A stretch of 64,000 bases of DNA from an uncultured Candidatus Binatia bacterium (GTDB taxonomy: Bacteria > Desulfobacterota > Binatia > Bin18). Positions within the stretch are counted from its first letter, which is position 1. Each line of letters begins with the position of its first letter. The notes under the pieces are model-generated. The model was not told the DNA's origin, did no database searches, and was given only the letters and a program-made list of their open reading frames with translations. The DNA lies in NCBI GenBank assembly GCA_965200965.1, contig OZ241744.1, forward strand, positions 1,920,001 to 1,984,000. The letters run 5' to 3'. The translations under genes were made by a program, and so were the position numbers. Shown one piece after another: positions 41,698 to 51,182 of this stretch.

Positions 41698-42468
41698 CTA
41701 TTCTCTCCTCTTTTCTCGCAGCCTGGCGAGAACCGCGTCGTGGACCCGCCCGTTCGAGATCACCGCGCTGCCGCTGTAGATTGAAGGGCTGCCGGTAAAA
41801 TCAGAATAGCGCCCGCCGGCCTCAGTCACAAGCAGCTTGGTCGGTGCCACATCCCAGGGTTTGATCTCCGGTTCAAGGGCGACCTCGGCCTGGCCACAGA
41901 TCACCACGCTGTGGCCGAGCGCGTCGCCAAACCCGCGCTGGCGGGCGGTCGCATCCACCAGGGATAAAAAGGCCGGCCAGCAGGGAAGGGTCTTCAGGTC
42001 GCTCAGGCCGCCGTGGATGAGCATCGCCCGGTCTAAATGCCCAACATCTGAAACCCGGACACGCCGGCCGTTGGCAAACGCTCCCTGGCCTTGTCTTGCG
42101 TACAGCAACTCGCCGAGCGCCGGCACATACATGACCCCGACCGTGATCTGCGCGGCTTCTTCCAGGGCAATCAGGGTAGCGAAGAACGGAATGCCGCGGA
42201 TGAAGTTCCTGGTGCCGTCAATGGGGTCAATGATCCAGCGGGCGTCGTTCGCGCTTGGCTGCTCGCCTAACTCTTCGCCTAGGAAACCGTGCTCCGGGAA
42301 ACGCCGGCTCAGCAGTTCGGTGATGCACGCCTCGCACTCCCGGTCGGCTCGGGTGACGGGCGTGCGGTCGGCCTTGGTTTCAACGCTGAGGTTGGTACGG
42401 AAATAGTGCCGGGCGATCTCACCGCCGGCTTTAGCCGCCTCAATCGCCGCGGAGAGAAGGGCGTCCAT
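41698..42468 (-). CDS. hisN: Inositol monophosphatase-family protein (histidinol-phosphatase HisN-like)
   Basis: KADRTPVTRAD, GEE, WIIDPIDGTRNFIRG, KPWD, EAGG. Confidence 0.8.
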   Translation of the reverse strand: MDALLSAAIEAAKAGGEIARHYFRTNLSVETKADRTPVTRADRECEACITELLSRRFPEHGFLGEELGEQPSANDARWIIDPIDGTRNFIRGIPFFATLIALEEAAQITVGVMYVPALGELLYARQGQGAFANGRRVRVSDVGHLDRAMLIHGGLSDLKTLPCWPAFLSLVDATARQRGFGDALGHSVVICGQAEVALEPEIKPWDVAPTKLLVTEAGGRYSDFTGSPSIYSGSAVISNGRVHDAVLARLREKRRE

Positions 42469-42475
42469 AACAAAC

Positions 42476-42484
42476 CTTATAGCA
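42476..42484 (-). promoter_or_regulatory. Extended -10 element upstream of hisN
   Basis: TGCTATAAG 7 nt before the ATG; no SD. Confidence 0.5.
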
Positions 42485-42569
42485 ACTTGCGAACCACCCG
42501 GCCGTCAACCTGCGATGCTGACCCGTTGACAGAGCTGGCCGCTTCAGAAGCCAGAAAGACGATGAGGTT

Positions 42570-43427
42570 TCAGGCTGTGAGATAGCCCTTGTTGAGGTAG
42601 AACTCCCGCACCGCAGCCTCAAACCCGGGCGGATTATCGCCCATCACCGAGTGGCCGGCACCAACGATCAGCGCAAACTCTGAGCCCGGGATGGCAGCTT
42701 GGAGCAGGCGGGCCCCGTCAAGCGACAGCACGTCACTTTCTGCGCCTTTGACCAACAGCGTCGGACAGGTGATCTTTTTGACCTCCTCGGACAACTCCTC
42801 CTGCATCTGCTTGACATCGATCCGGCTGTGCCCCTGACTGAAATAGGTGTCGTATTTCCAGGTCCATTTGCCACTGGGCAACTGCTTGAGATTATAGACC
42901 ACAGTGTATTTGCGGATGACTTCCAGGGGACGCCGGGGGTTGAACTTGTGAATAACCGCCGCGGCTTCATCCAGGGAATCGAACTCGCGGAAGTCTTTCA
43001 TAAAGGTACGGATATGCTGCACGCCTTTGTTTTCGACCCGAGGGCCAACGTCAACGACGACCAGGGCTTTGACCCGGTCGGGATTCCTGGCGGTAAAGGA
43101 CAGCGAGTTTGCTCCGCCCATTGACATGCCGGTGAGAAAAAAGCGGTCCAGACCAAGCGCGGCGGTAAACGCCCCGACATCTTTGACCATGCTGGAGCGC
43201 GAGTAGTCTTTATCAACCGCCCAGTCGGTATCGCCGTGGCCGCGCTGGTCAAAGGCCATGACGTGGAAGTGGGGAGACATCGCGGCGGCGAATAAGTCCC
43301 AGGTATGACAGGTTTGTCCCACCCCGTGGAGGAGGACCAGGGGGGGATTGGCGGGGATTCCCCAGGCGAGGTAATGAAACCGCAGGCCGTTTGCTTCAAC
43401 ATAACAATCGCGTGACTGTGCCGTCAT
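42570..43427 (-). CDS. Alpha/beta hydrolase
   Basis: LLHG, DQRGHG, GMSMGG nucleophile elbow, AGH. Confidence 0.92.
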   Translation of the reverse strand: MTAQSRDCYVEANGLRFHYLAWGIPANPPLVLLHGVGQTCHTWDLFAAAMSPHFHVMAFDQRGHGDTDWAVDKDYSRSSMVKDVGAFTAALGLDRFFLTGMSMGGANSLSFTARNPDRVKALVVVDVGPRVENKGVQHIRTFMKDFREFDSLDEAAAVIHKFNPRRPLEVIRKYTVVYNLKQLPSGKWTWKYDTYFSQGHSRIDVKQMQEELSEEVKKITCPTLLVKGAESDVLSLDGARLLQAAIPGSEFALIVGAGHSVMGDNPPGFEAAVREFYLNKGYLTA

Positions 43428-43515
43428 GTCTTCCCCTCCTTGTCGGCGTATTGTTTCTCTTGCCCAGCCGCGGGCCAGCATAGAGGAAAAGCGGCACAGA
43501 GGGAAGACGGGGCGG

Positions 43516-44166
43516 TCAGAGACGGACGAGCCGGCGGACGACAGCCGGACTGAGTGCTCCGAGGTCCGAGAGCAGCAGGTCGGCTTTGCTGAAGTCGTTT
43601 CGCCGGGTGTACTGATTGGGGACGGCAATGCAGGCGATACCGGCATGAACCGCGGCTATCACGCCTTTGTGGGTATCTTCCACAACTACGCACTGGGCAG
43701 GCGTGAGGCCGAGTTTGCCGGCTGCGGCCAAAAAGGCGTCAGGCAGGGGCTTGGCCCCGGTATAGTCCTGGCGGGCCACCGTCACCGCAAAGAAGCGCTC
43801 AAGGCCAAAGCGTTGGAGAATCAGATCCAGGGCATCACGATTGCTGTTGGTGGCCACTGTCAGGGCAAAGTGCGGGGCCAGCCGGGCGAGGGCCGACTCA
43901 ACGTGCGGCATCAGCCGGACTTCTTCCAGCAGGCGCAGATAGACGGGCGAGCGCAGCTTGCGGAGTTCACCCGGAGAGACCGGCAGCTTATGTTTGGAGA
44001 CGATATACTCCGGCCCAGTGCCAGTGGCAATCCAGTGCTGTTCGTATTCTTCCTGGCTGATTGTAACACCGTAGGGTTTCAGGACCTCGCTATAGGCCCG
44101 GTAGTATAAGCCCTCAGAGTCAATCAGTACGCCGTCAAGGTCAAAGATCACCCCAACCCGTGCCAT
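43516..44166 (-). CDS. HAD-superfamily phosphatase (IA variant 3)
   Basis: FDLDGVLIDSE, ATNS, KPLPD, VEDT..G; AAGGAG SD. Confidence 0.92.
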   Translation of the reverse strand: MARVGVIFDLDGVLIDSEGLYYRAYSEVLKPYGVTISQEEYEQHWIATGTGPEYIVSKHKLPVSPGELRKLRSPVYLRLLEEVRLMPHVESALARLAPHFALTVATNSNRDALDLILQRFGLERFFAVTVARQDYTGAKPLPDAFLAAAGKLGLTPAQCVVVEDTHKGVIAAVHAGIACIAVPNQYTRRNDFSKADLLLSDLGALSPAVVRRLVRL

Positions 44167-44212
44167 ATCTGCTCCTTTGTCAACAGGTGATTGTGTAGTA
44201 CACTTCTGGTCT

Positions 44213-44428
44213 ATGGCACACCCTCCGTCCGACCCGTCAGCCGCTTGGGCAGCGGTGTTTCGCTCGCTCGGGCTGCCCCTATACCAAGTCCGTATTGAAG
44301 ACGAAACAGTCTGTATTGAAGCGCCGGCCGAGGATCGGCTGAAACTGCTGGAGCCGGCCGTTCGCCGTAGACTAGTCGCCCACGGCAGATCTCTGGGCCA
44401 TCGGTTCATTACGCTCGATTTGGACTGA
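44213..44428 (+). CDS. Small protein resembling the C-terminal domain of LarE
   Basis: QVRIEDETVCIEAP..LLEPAVRRRLV..GRSLGHRFITLDLD; TTGTCA-16 nt-TACACT upstream. Confidence 0.6.
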   Translation: MAHPPSDPSAAWAAVFRSLGLPLYQVRIEDETVCIEAPAEDRLKLLEPAVRRRLVAHGRSLGHRFITLDLD

Positions 44429-44501
44429 ACTCCCTCCACTCTCCTTGACTTGCCAGAGAGCGGCTTTCGTTCTAATGTACAGGAGCGAAGAGGTGACACC
44501 C

Positions 44502-45224
44502 ATGCCCTCCCCCGACGAAGCCCGGCACCCAGCCTGCCTGTCTCCAGCCCCCGAGACAGAATATCTGCCAGAATCGGACGGTACACCCATGGCCGAAACC
44601 GATGTGCATCGGAACCAGATGATCGATCTACTGGACTGTCTGGAAGAGTATTACCACGCCGATCCCCGCGTCTATGTGACTGGCAATATCTTTCTCTACT
44701 TTTGCAACCACGAGGGTGAGCGTCAGTCTATCAGCCCAGATATCTTTGTGGTCCGTGGTATCGAAAAGAAGCTCCGGCGCATCTACAACCTGGACGTGGA
44801 GAAAAAGGCCCCAGATGTCGTCATTGAACTGACCTCACGCCATACCAAAGTGGAAGATCTCGGCAACAAGCGGGTCATCTATGCCGACCTAGGCGTCGCC
44901 GAGTATTTCCTATTTGATCCCCTTGACGCCTCACTAAGCCCCCAGTTGCGCGGTTTTCGTTTACAGGGCGGCGAATATATACCGATGCTCGGCACTCGGC
45001 TGACCAGTGAGGTCTTAGGCTTGGACTTGATCGTCGAAGACGATCAGTTGCGCCTGTACAATCCACGCACTGCCGAACACCTGCGTACCCACGCCGAAGC
45101 TGAGGCCGCCCGCCGAGAGGCTGAGGCCGCCCGCCGAGAGGCTGAGGCCGCCTACCGAGAGGCTGAGGCAGAAAACCTGCGCTTACGCGAAGAACTGGCG
45201 CGCCTGCGGGCGCGGCAAGGCTGA
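44502..45224 (+). CDS. Uma2 family PD-(D/E)xK endonuclease-like protein
   Basis: YLPESDGTPMAETDVH, SPDIFVV, PDVVIELTS, EYFLFDP, coiled-coil tail. Confidence 0.9.
   Translation: MPSPDEARHPACLSPAPETEYLPESDGTPMAETDVHRNQMIDLLDCLEEYYHADPRVYVTGNIFLYFCNHEGERQSISPDIFVVRGIEKKLRRIYNLDVEKKAPDVVIELTSRHTKVEDLGNKRVIYADLGVAEYFLFDPLDASLSPQLRGFRLQGGEYIPMLGTRLTSEVLGLDLIVEDDQLRLYNPRTAEHLRTHAEAEAARREAEAARREAEAAYREAEAENLRLREELARLRARQG
45099..45170 (+). repeat. 21-bp coding tandem repeat (about 3.4 copies)
   Basis: GCTGAGGCCGCCCGCCGAGAG x2, one variant copy and a partial copy; encodes AEAARRE heptads. Confidence 0.9.
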
Positions 45225-45298
45225 GCACAGCGCCTTGGGGGCGCTCCCGACAAGGCCCTTGACCCCTCTGCCTCAGCGGGGATATGACGGACACACAA

Positions 45299-45372
45299 CG
45301 GGGTGTGGCGCAGCCTGGTAGCGCACTCGCTTGGGGTGCGAGTGGTCGGCCGTTCAAATCGGCTCACCCCGA
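45299..45372 (+). tRNA. tRNA-Pro(GGG)
   Basis: CGGGGTG/CACCCCG acceptor stem, CTCGC-ttGGGgt-GCGAG, GTTCAAATC. Confidence 0.95.
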
Positions 45373-45435
45373 TGTCTCGTACAAGGCGGTTGGTGTGACC
45401 AGCCGCCCTTGCTTCTCTCCAAGCTTCTTACGACC

Positions 45436-46188
45436 ATGCGCATTCTGGTGTCCAACGATGACGGCATCCACTCCGAGGGACTGCATGCCCTGGAAGAGAC
45501 GCTGAGGAGCGTCGGCGAGGTATATACTGTGGCACCCGACCGGGAGCGGAATGCGGTCAGCCATGCCCTGACCCTGCACCGCCCACTGCGTATTGACGAA
45601 ATCGCTCCGCGCCGCTTTGCGGTCAACGGTACGCCGACCGACTGCGTGAATCTGGCGGTCAAAGGCTTTTTGCCGGTCCGACCGGATATGGTGGTGTCGG
45701 GGATCAATAAAGGCCCCAACCTTGGCGACGATATTACCTACTCGGGCACGGTCGCAGCAGCCATTGAGGGCACCCTGTTAGGCATCATGTCGTTTGCCGT
45801 GTCAGTCGTCGGCACCCCCCCCAACTACCACTTCAGCCCGGCCGCCGAGTTTGCCACCAGCTTGGCCACCCACATCGCCGCCCACGGACTGCCGGACAAA
45901 ACCCTGCTGAATGTGAATGTCCCTAACCTGGACCGGCCCGAACTCAAAGGCTACCGTTTCACTCATCAGGGCAAACGCCGCTATGGCGAGAAAATCGAGA
46001 ACTGTCCCAATCCGCGTGGTCAGCCCTACTATTGGATCGGTGGTGATGACCTGGGCTTTGACCCGGAAGAGGGCAGCGACTGTCTTGCCGTCAACGAGGG
46101 CTACATCTCAGTCACTCCGCTCCAGGTTGATCTGACCAACTATCGGGCTTTGCAGGCCATACGGGATGTGCAACTGTCATGGCCCTAG
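45436..46188 (+). CDS. surE: 5'/3'-nucleotidase SurE
   Basis: ILVSNDDG, GTPTDCV, SGINKGPNLG, YSGTVAAA. Confidence 0.97.
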   Translation: MRILVSNDDGIHSEGLHALEETLRSVGEVYTVAPDRERNAVSHALTLHRPLRIDEIAPRRFAVNGTPTDCVNLAVKGFLPVRPDMVVSGINKGPNLGDDITYSGTVAAAIEGTLLGIMSFAVSVVGTPPNYHFSPAAEFATSLATHIAAHGLPDKTLLNVNVPNLDRPELKGYRFTHQGKRRYGEKIENCPNPRGQPYYWIGGDDLGFDPEEGSDCLAVNEGYISVTPLQVDLTNYRALQAIRDVQLSWP

Positions 46189-46829
46189 ACTATGCCCAGG
46201 CCCGGCAGCGGATGGTCCGGGAGCAACTGATTGAGCGGGGTCTGAACGACCCACTGGTCTTGGCCGCCATGCGCCAGGTGCCGCGTCACCTGTTTGTTGA
46301 GGAAGCCGTGCGGGACCGGGCCTACGACGACCACCCACTGCCTATCGGAGAAGACCAGACCATCTCCCAGCCATATATGGTGGCCCGCATGGCCGCGGTG
46401 CTGAAACTGGTCCCGGGCGAACAGGTATTTGAAGTCGGCACCGGCTCCGGCTACCTGACCGCCATCCTGGCCGAACAGGGTGCCGAGGTGTCCTCGGTGG
46501 AAATCATCCCCAGCCTGGCACTCCGAGCCCGGCAGACCCTGCGCAATCTCGGCTACCATACCGTGGGAGTCCATGTTGGAGACGGCAGCCTGGGCTGGCA
46601 GGAACGCGCGCCGTTTGATGCAGTGGTAATTGGCGCGGCTGCTCCGGGTCTGCCCCGTCCGCTGCTCAATCAACTCCGGCTGGGCGGACGCCTCGTTGTC
46701 CCAATGGGAGAGCAAGACCTCCAAACCCTGGTGTGTGTCTGGAAAGAGCCGGACGGCCTGCGCGAAGAGTATTGCGGCGAGTGCCGGTTTGTCAAACTTC
46801 GCGGTGAGCACGGCTGGGAGTCCGAATAA
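46179..46829 (+). CDS. pcm: Protein-L-isoaspartate O-methyltransferase
   Basis: VPRHLFV, QTISQPY, EVGTGSGY; surE-pcm synteny. Confidence 0.96.
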   Translation: MALDYAQARQRMVREQLIERGLNDPLVLAAMRQVPRHLFVEEAVRDRAYDDHPLPIGEDQTISQPYMVARMAAVLKLVPGEQVFEVGTGSGYLTAILAEQGAEVSSVEIIPSLALRARQTLRNLGYHTVGVHVGDGSLGWQERAPFDAVVIGAAAPGLPRPLLNQLRLGGRLVVPMGEQDLQTLVCVWKEPDGLREEYCGECRFVKLRGEHGWESE

Positions 46830-46835
46830 ACGCCC

Positions 46836-47993
46836 ATGCAGCAGCAGATCTATCTGGACCATAACGCTACCACGCCGCTCAGGCCAGAGGTGCTTGAAGC
46901 CATGCTGCCCTATCTCCACACCCACTTTGGCAATCCGTCCAGCACGCATCGGACCGGACGTCGCGCCAAGCAAGGGCTGGAAGAAGCCCGAGAGCAACTT
47001 TCGGCTTGTATCCGGGCCACGCCGGCCGAGGTGGTGTTTACCAGTGGAGGCACCGAGAGCAATAGTCTGGCGCTGTTGGGGGCGGCCCGCGCCCGGCCCC
47101 GGTCCAAGACCCATATCATCACCACCCCGATTGAGCATTCCTCGGTCCTCGCCTCCGTCCAGGCGTTGACGCGGGAGGGCTTCAGCCACACGCTTTTGCC
47201 GGTCAACGGCGAGGGCCGTATCCGGGTTGACGACTTGGCCGCAGCCCTGCGTCCAGACACGGCCGCGGTGAGTATTGGGCTGGCCAACCCCGAGCTAGGT
47301 ACGCTCCAGCCTGTTGCGGCCTGTAGCCGGCTGATCCGTCAGCAGAGCGTCGTCCTGCATGTCGATGCGGTCCAGGCGACCGGCAAACTGGCGCTGAACA
47401 TGGAAGAGTTGGGCGCGGATCTGGTGTCGCTGTCGGCCCACAAAATCTACGGGCCAAAAGGCGTTGGGGCACTCTATGTGCGCAAAGGCACAACCCTGGC
47501 CCCCGTCCTGCGCGGTGGTCCCCAGGAGCGCGAAAAGCGGGCCGGCACCGAAAATGTCGCTGCCGCAGTCGGCTTTGGGCTCGCGGCCGTCCTGGCCGAA
47601 CACGAGCGTGAAGCGCTGTCAGTCCGCCTGACCGAGCTGATCAGCCGACTGTGGACCGGCATTCAGGGCAGTATCCCCGGCGTGGTCCGCAATACGCCCC
47701 ACCGGGGGTGTCTCCCCAATACCCTCAACCTCGAATTCCCGGGTGCCTCAGGAGAGGGGCTGATGATGGGGCTTGACCTGGCCGGCATTGCCGTCTCAAC
47801 CGGTTCAGCCTGCGCCGCGGGATCGCTTGAACCCTCACATGTGCTGCTGGCGCTCGGACGCGATGCGCGGGCGGCCAAGAGCGCGATCCGTTTCAGCCTG
47901 GGCAAAGACACGACCCAGCAGGATATTGATTGCGTCCTCGACGTCTTGCCCGGGATCGTTGAGCGGGTACGCGCCGCGGCCCAGCCGGTCTGA
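46836..47993 (+). CDS. iscS: Cysteine desulfurase (IscS/NifS class I)
   Basis: YLDHNATT, FTSGGTES, SAHKIYGPKG, STGSAC. Confidence 0.92.
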   Translation: MQQQIYLDHNATTPLRPEVLEAMLPYLHTHFGNPSSTHRTGRRAKQGLEEAREQLSACIRATPAEVVFTSGGTESNSLALLGAARARPRSKTHIITTPIEHSSVLASVQALTREGFSHTLLPVNGEGRIRVDDLAAALRPDTAAVSIGLANPELGTLQPVAACSRLIRQQSVVLHVDAVQATGKLALNMEELGADLVSLSAHKIYGPKGVGALYVRKGTTLAPVLRGGPQEREKRAGTENVAAAVGFGLAAVLAEHEREALSVRLTELISRLWTGIQGSIPGVVRNTPHRGCLPNTLNLEFPGASGEGLMMGLDLAGIAVSTGSACAAGSLEPSHVLLALGRDARAAKSAIRFSLGKDTTQQDIDCVLDVLPGIVERVRAAAQPV

Positions 47994-48003
47994 AAAACAA
48001 CAT

Positions 48004-49122
48004 ATGCACCAGACAGATACCACCCCTGCCCTCCCGCCACCGGCCGGCAGCCGGCGTGTGTTGGCAGCCCTGAGCGGTGGAGTCGATAGTGCGGTCGCCG
48101 CCGCTCTGCTGGTCGAGGCCGGCTATGAAGTGATTGCGATCTCCATGCTGCTGGCCAGCGCTGCCGAGGGCCACGAGGGCAGTTGCTGTTCCATTGACGA
48201 TTTTCAAGACGCCCGTCGAGTGGCCGAACAGTTAGACATTCCCTACTATGTCCTCAATCTCAAAGATGCCTTCCAGCACCGGGTGATTGACGTGTTCAGT
48301 GAGGAATATCTGCGGGGTCGGACCCCGAACCCGTGCCTGCTGTGCAACCGCGACCTCAAGTTTGACCTGCTGTGGCAGCGGGCGCGAGAGCTTGACGCCG
48401 CCTATGTTGCCACCGGGCACTACGCCCGGATTCGCTATGACGCCCACACAGCCCACTACCAGCTGTGGCGGAGCACCGACCGGGCAAAAGACCAATCCTA
48501 CTTTCTCTTTACGCTGAACCAGGCCCAGCTGGCCCGGACCCTGTTCCCGGCCGGGCATCTGACCAAGGCGCAGGTCCGGGCCAAAGCGGATGCACTCGGC
48601 CTGCGGGTTGCCCATAAACCCGAGAGCCAGGATATCTGTTTTGTGCCGGACGGGAACTATGCCCGCTTTTTGGAGCAACGCTTGGCACCTGAGCGTCTTC
48701 GGCCCGGCGTGGTGGTTGACCAGGCTGGCCACCGGCTCGGCTCGCACACCGGCATTCATCGCTTTACCATTGGACAGCGCCGCGGTCTGGGTATCGGCGG
48801 GCTTGCCCAGCCGGTATACATCTCCAACATTGACGCCCAAACGGGTCGGGTGACGGTCGGCCCCAAGGACCAGCTCCACACTTCCGGTCTGCGCGCCAAG
48901 GACCTGAGCTGGATCGCCGGCGAGCAGCCCCAAGAACTGCGGACCAGCGTCAAGATTCGCTACCGCCATCCGCCGATTCCGGCCCGCGTCGTGCCCCGGG
49001 CAGACGGGACGGCCACGGTCTGGTTTGAGCACGCGTGTCCGGGCGTGACCCCCGGCCAAGCGGTCGTGTTTTACGCCGGCGACCAAATCCTGGGCGGCGG
49101 TTGGATTGAGGGAGGGCTGTAA
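48004..49122 (+). CDS. mnmA: tRNA 2-thiouridine(34) synthase
   Basis: SGGVDS, TPNPCLLCN, ATGHYAR, KDQSYFL, SQDICF, TIGQRRG, TPGQ. Confidence 0.97.
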   Translation: MHQTDTTPALPPPAGSRRVLAALSGGVDSAVAAALLVEAGYEVIAISMLLASAAEGHEGSCCSIDDFQDARRVAEQLDIPYYVLNLKDAFQHRVIDVFSEEYLRGRTPNPCLLCNRDLKFDLLWQRARELDAAYVATGHYARIRYDAHTAHYQLWRSTDRAKDQSYFLFTLNQAQLARTLFPAGHLTKAQVRAKADALGLRVAHKPESQDICFVPDGNYARFLEQRLAPERLRPGVVVDQAGHRLGSHTGIHRFTIGQRRGLGIGGLAQPVYISNIDAQTGRVTVGPKDQLHTSGLRAKDLSWIAGEQPQELRTSVKIRYRHPPIPARVVPRADGTATVWFEHACPGVTPGQAVVFYAGDQILGGGWIEGGL

Positions 49123-49125
49123 GCC

Positions 49126-50466
49126 ATGTCATCGCCCGCGCTTCGGGTTGGCCTGGCGACCCTGGGCTGCAAGGTCAACCAGTACGATACGGCAACGATC
49201 GCCAACCGCCTCAGCGCGGTCGGCCACCGTCTGGTGTCGTTTACCGACCCGGCCGATGTGTATATTGTCAACAGCTGTACAGTCACCAACCAGGCTGACG
49301 CCGAGAGCCGGCAACTCGCCCGCCGCGCCAAACGCCAGAACCCATCCGCCCGGGTCATTATGACCGGCTGCTACGCCCAGGTCGCGCCCCAGGCGGTCGT
49401 GCGCCTGCCCGAGGTTGATTATGTGATCGGCATCAACCGCCCGGACGATATCCTCCGAGCCGTGACCGCCGGGTCGCACGAACCCATCGCCGTCAGCAAG
49501 CTGCGCCGGGCCACACAGATCAACACACTCGGGGCCGGCACGTTTCAGGGCCAGACCAGGGCTTTCCTGAAGATCCAAGAGGGCTGTGATCTGTTCTGCA
49601 CGTTTTGTATCGTACCCAGGTCACGCGGCAAGAGCCGCAGCGTCTCCCCCCGCACTGTGCTTGAGCAACTCGACCGTCTGGCCGAGCAGGGTTTTCAAGA
49701 AGTCGTTCTCACCGGCGTCCACCTCGGCGGCTATGGCAGCGACTTAGAGCCGCGCATTGACCTGTCCTGGCTGGTGGCGGCAATTGAAGACCGCCAGCCG
49801 GTCCCGCGTGTCCGGCTCAGTTCTCTTGATCCGCACGAGTTCAGCCCGGCCCTCATCCGCCTCCTGGCCCAGGCCCAGACCATCTGCCCCCATCTCCATA
49901 TTCCGCTCCAATCGGGCGACGATCGCATCTTAGCGCGTATGCGCCGCCGCTACGATCGAGCCCTGGCCGGCGAGGTGCTGGCCTGTCTCCGAGACCGCCT
50001 GCCCCAGGCCGCCCTTGGAACCGACCTGATTGTCGGCTTTCCCGGTGAGGGCGAGGCCGAGTTTGCCCAGGGCTATCGTTTTCTGGAGGACAGCCCGTTT
50101 ACCTATTTTCATGTCTTCCCGTATTCCGCCCGGAGCGGCACCACCGCGGCCAAATTCATCGATCCCGTCCCCAAGTCGACTATCGCCCGCCGCGCCCGCC
50201 AGGTCCGCACACTTGGCGAGCGCAAAAAATCCGCGTTTGCCACCCGGTTCGTCGGCCACACCCTGCCGGTCCTGTTTGAGCACAGCCGAGACAAGACGAC
50301 CGGCCTGCTCAAGGGCTACAGCCGCAATTACCTGAGAATCTTAGCTGCAGGTGGCGACGAGCACATGAACCACGAGCGAGCGGTCCGCCTGAGCCGCGTC
50401 AGTGGCGGCAAGCTGTGGGGAAAAATCGTGCCCCCCGACGCGCAGCACTCAAGCCACGAGTCCTAA
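49126..50466 (+). CDS. mtaB: tRNA ms2t6A37 methylthiotransferase
   Basis: TLGCKVNQY, NSCTVT, TGCYAQ, CDLFCTFC, HVFPYS. Confidence 0.93.
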   Translation: MSSPALRVGLATLGCKVNQYDTATIANRLSAVGHRLVSFTDPADVYIVNSCTVTNQADAESRQLARRAKRQNPSARVIMTGCYAQVAPQAVVRLPEVDYVIGINRPDDILRAVTAGSHEPIAVSKLRRATQINTLGAGTFQGQTRAFLKIQEGCDLFCTFCIVPRSRGKSRSVSPRTVLEQLDRLAEQGFQEVVLTGVHLGGYGSDLEPRIDLSWLVAAIEDRQPVPRVRLSSLDPHEFSPALIRLLAQAQTICPHLHIPLQSGDDRILARMRRRYDRALAGEVLACLRDRLPQAALGTDLIVGFPGEGEAEFAQGYRFLEDSPFTYFHVFPYSARSGTTAAKFIDPVPKSTIARRARQVRTLGERKKSAFATRFVGHTLPVLFEHSRDKTTGLLKGYSRNYLRILAAGGDEHMNHERAVRLSRVSGGKLWGKIVPPDAQHSSHES

Positions 50467-50470
50467 GCCC

Positions 50471-51178
50471 ATGCCGGACAGCCCGCCCTCCTACACCGAG
50501 TTCGAGACCTCCCTCGGCTATCGCTTCCGCCGCTACGCGCTGCTGACCCTGGCCCTGACCCACCGCTCCTTTCCCCTCACCCCCGGAGAAGAGACCAACG
50601 AAACCCTCGAGTTCCTGGGCGATGCGGTCCTTGACCTGGCGATCAGCGACCTGCTCCTGCGCCGCTTCCCTGAATCCCACGAGGGCGAGCTGTCAAAAAT
50701 GCGTGCCTCCCTGGTCAACGCCCGCACCTTAGCCCACAAGGCCAAGGCCCTGACCATAGGCCGCTGGCTGCGTCTCGGTCGTGGCGAAGAGCGCAGCGAC
50801 GGCCGGCGCAAAGGCTCTATTCTGGCCTGCGCCTATGAGGCCGTGCTGGGGGCGGTCTATCTGGACGGCGGCTTTGGTCCGGTGCTGCGGCTGGTGGCCG
50901 CTCATTTTGCCGCAGACCTGGAGCACAAACCCGTGGTCGGCCGATTTGACAGCAAGACCCGTTTACAAGAGTTGACCCAGCAGATATTCAAACAGCCCCC
51001 GACCTACGAGGTGCTTGAGGCCACCGGCCCCGACCATCACCGGCGTTTTGTCAGTCGGGTCATCATCGCCGGCAAAGCCTACGGGCGGGGCGAGGGGCCG
51101 CGCAAAAAAAGCGCCCAACAAGCGGCCGCTTCGCAGACCCTGGTCCTGCTGCGAGACCGACACGCTGGACGAGGATGA
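50471..51178 (+). CDS. rnc: Ribonuclease III
   Basis: ALTHRS, NETLEFLGDAVL, dsRBD KTRLQE..GPDH..KKSAQQAAA. Confidence 0.96.
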   Translation: MPDSPPSYTEFETSLGYRFRRYALLTLALTHRSFPLTPGEETNETLEFLGDAVLDLAISDLLLRRFPESHEGELSKMRASLVNARTLAHKAKALTIGRWLRLGRGEERSDGRRKGSILACAYEAVLGAVYLDGGFGPVLRLVAAHFAADLEHKPVVGRFDSKTRLQELTQQIFKQPPTYEVLEATGPDHHRRFVSRVIIAGKAYGRGEGPRKKSAQQAAASQTLVLLRDRHAGRG

Positions 51179-51182
51179 CCAG

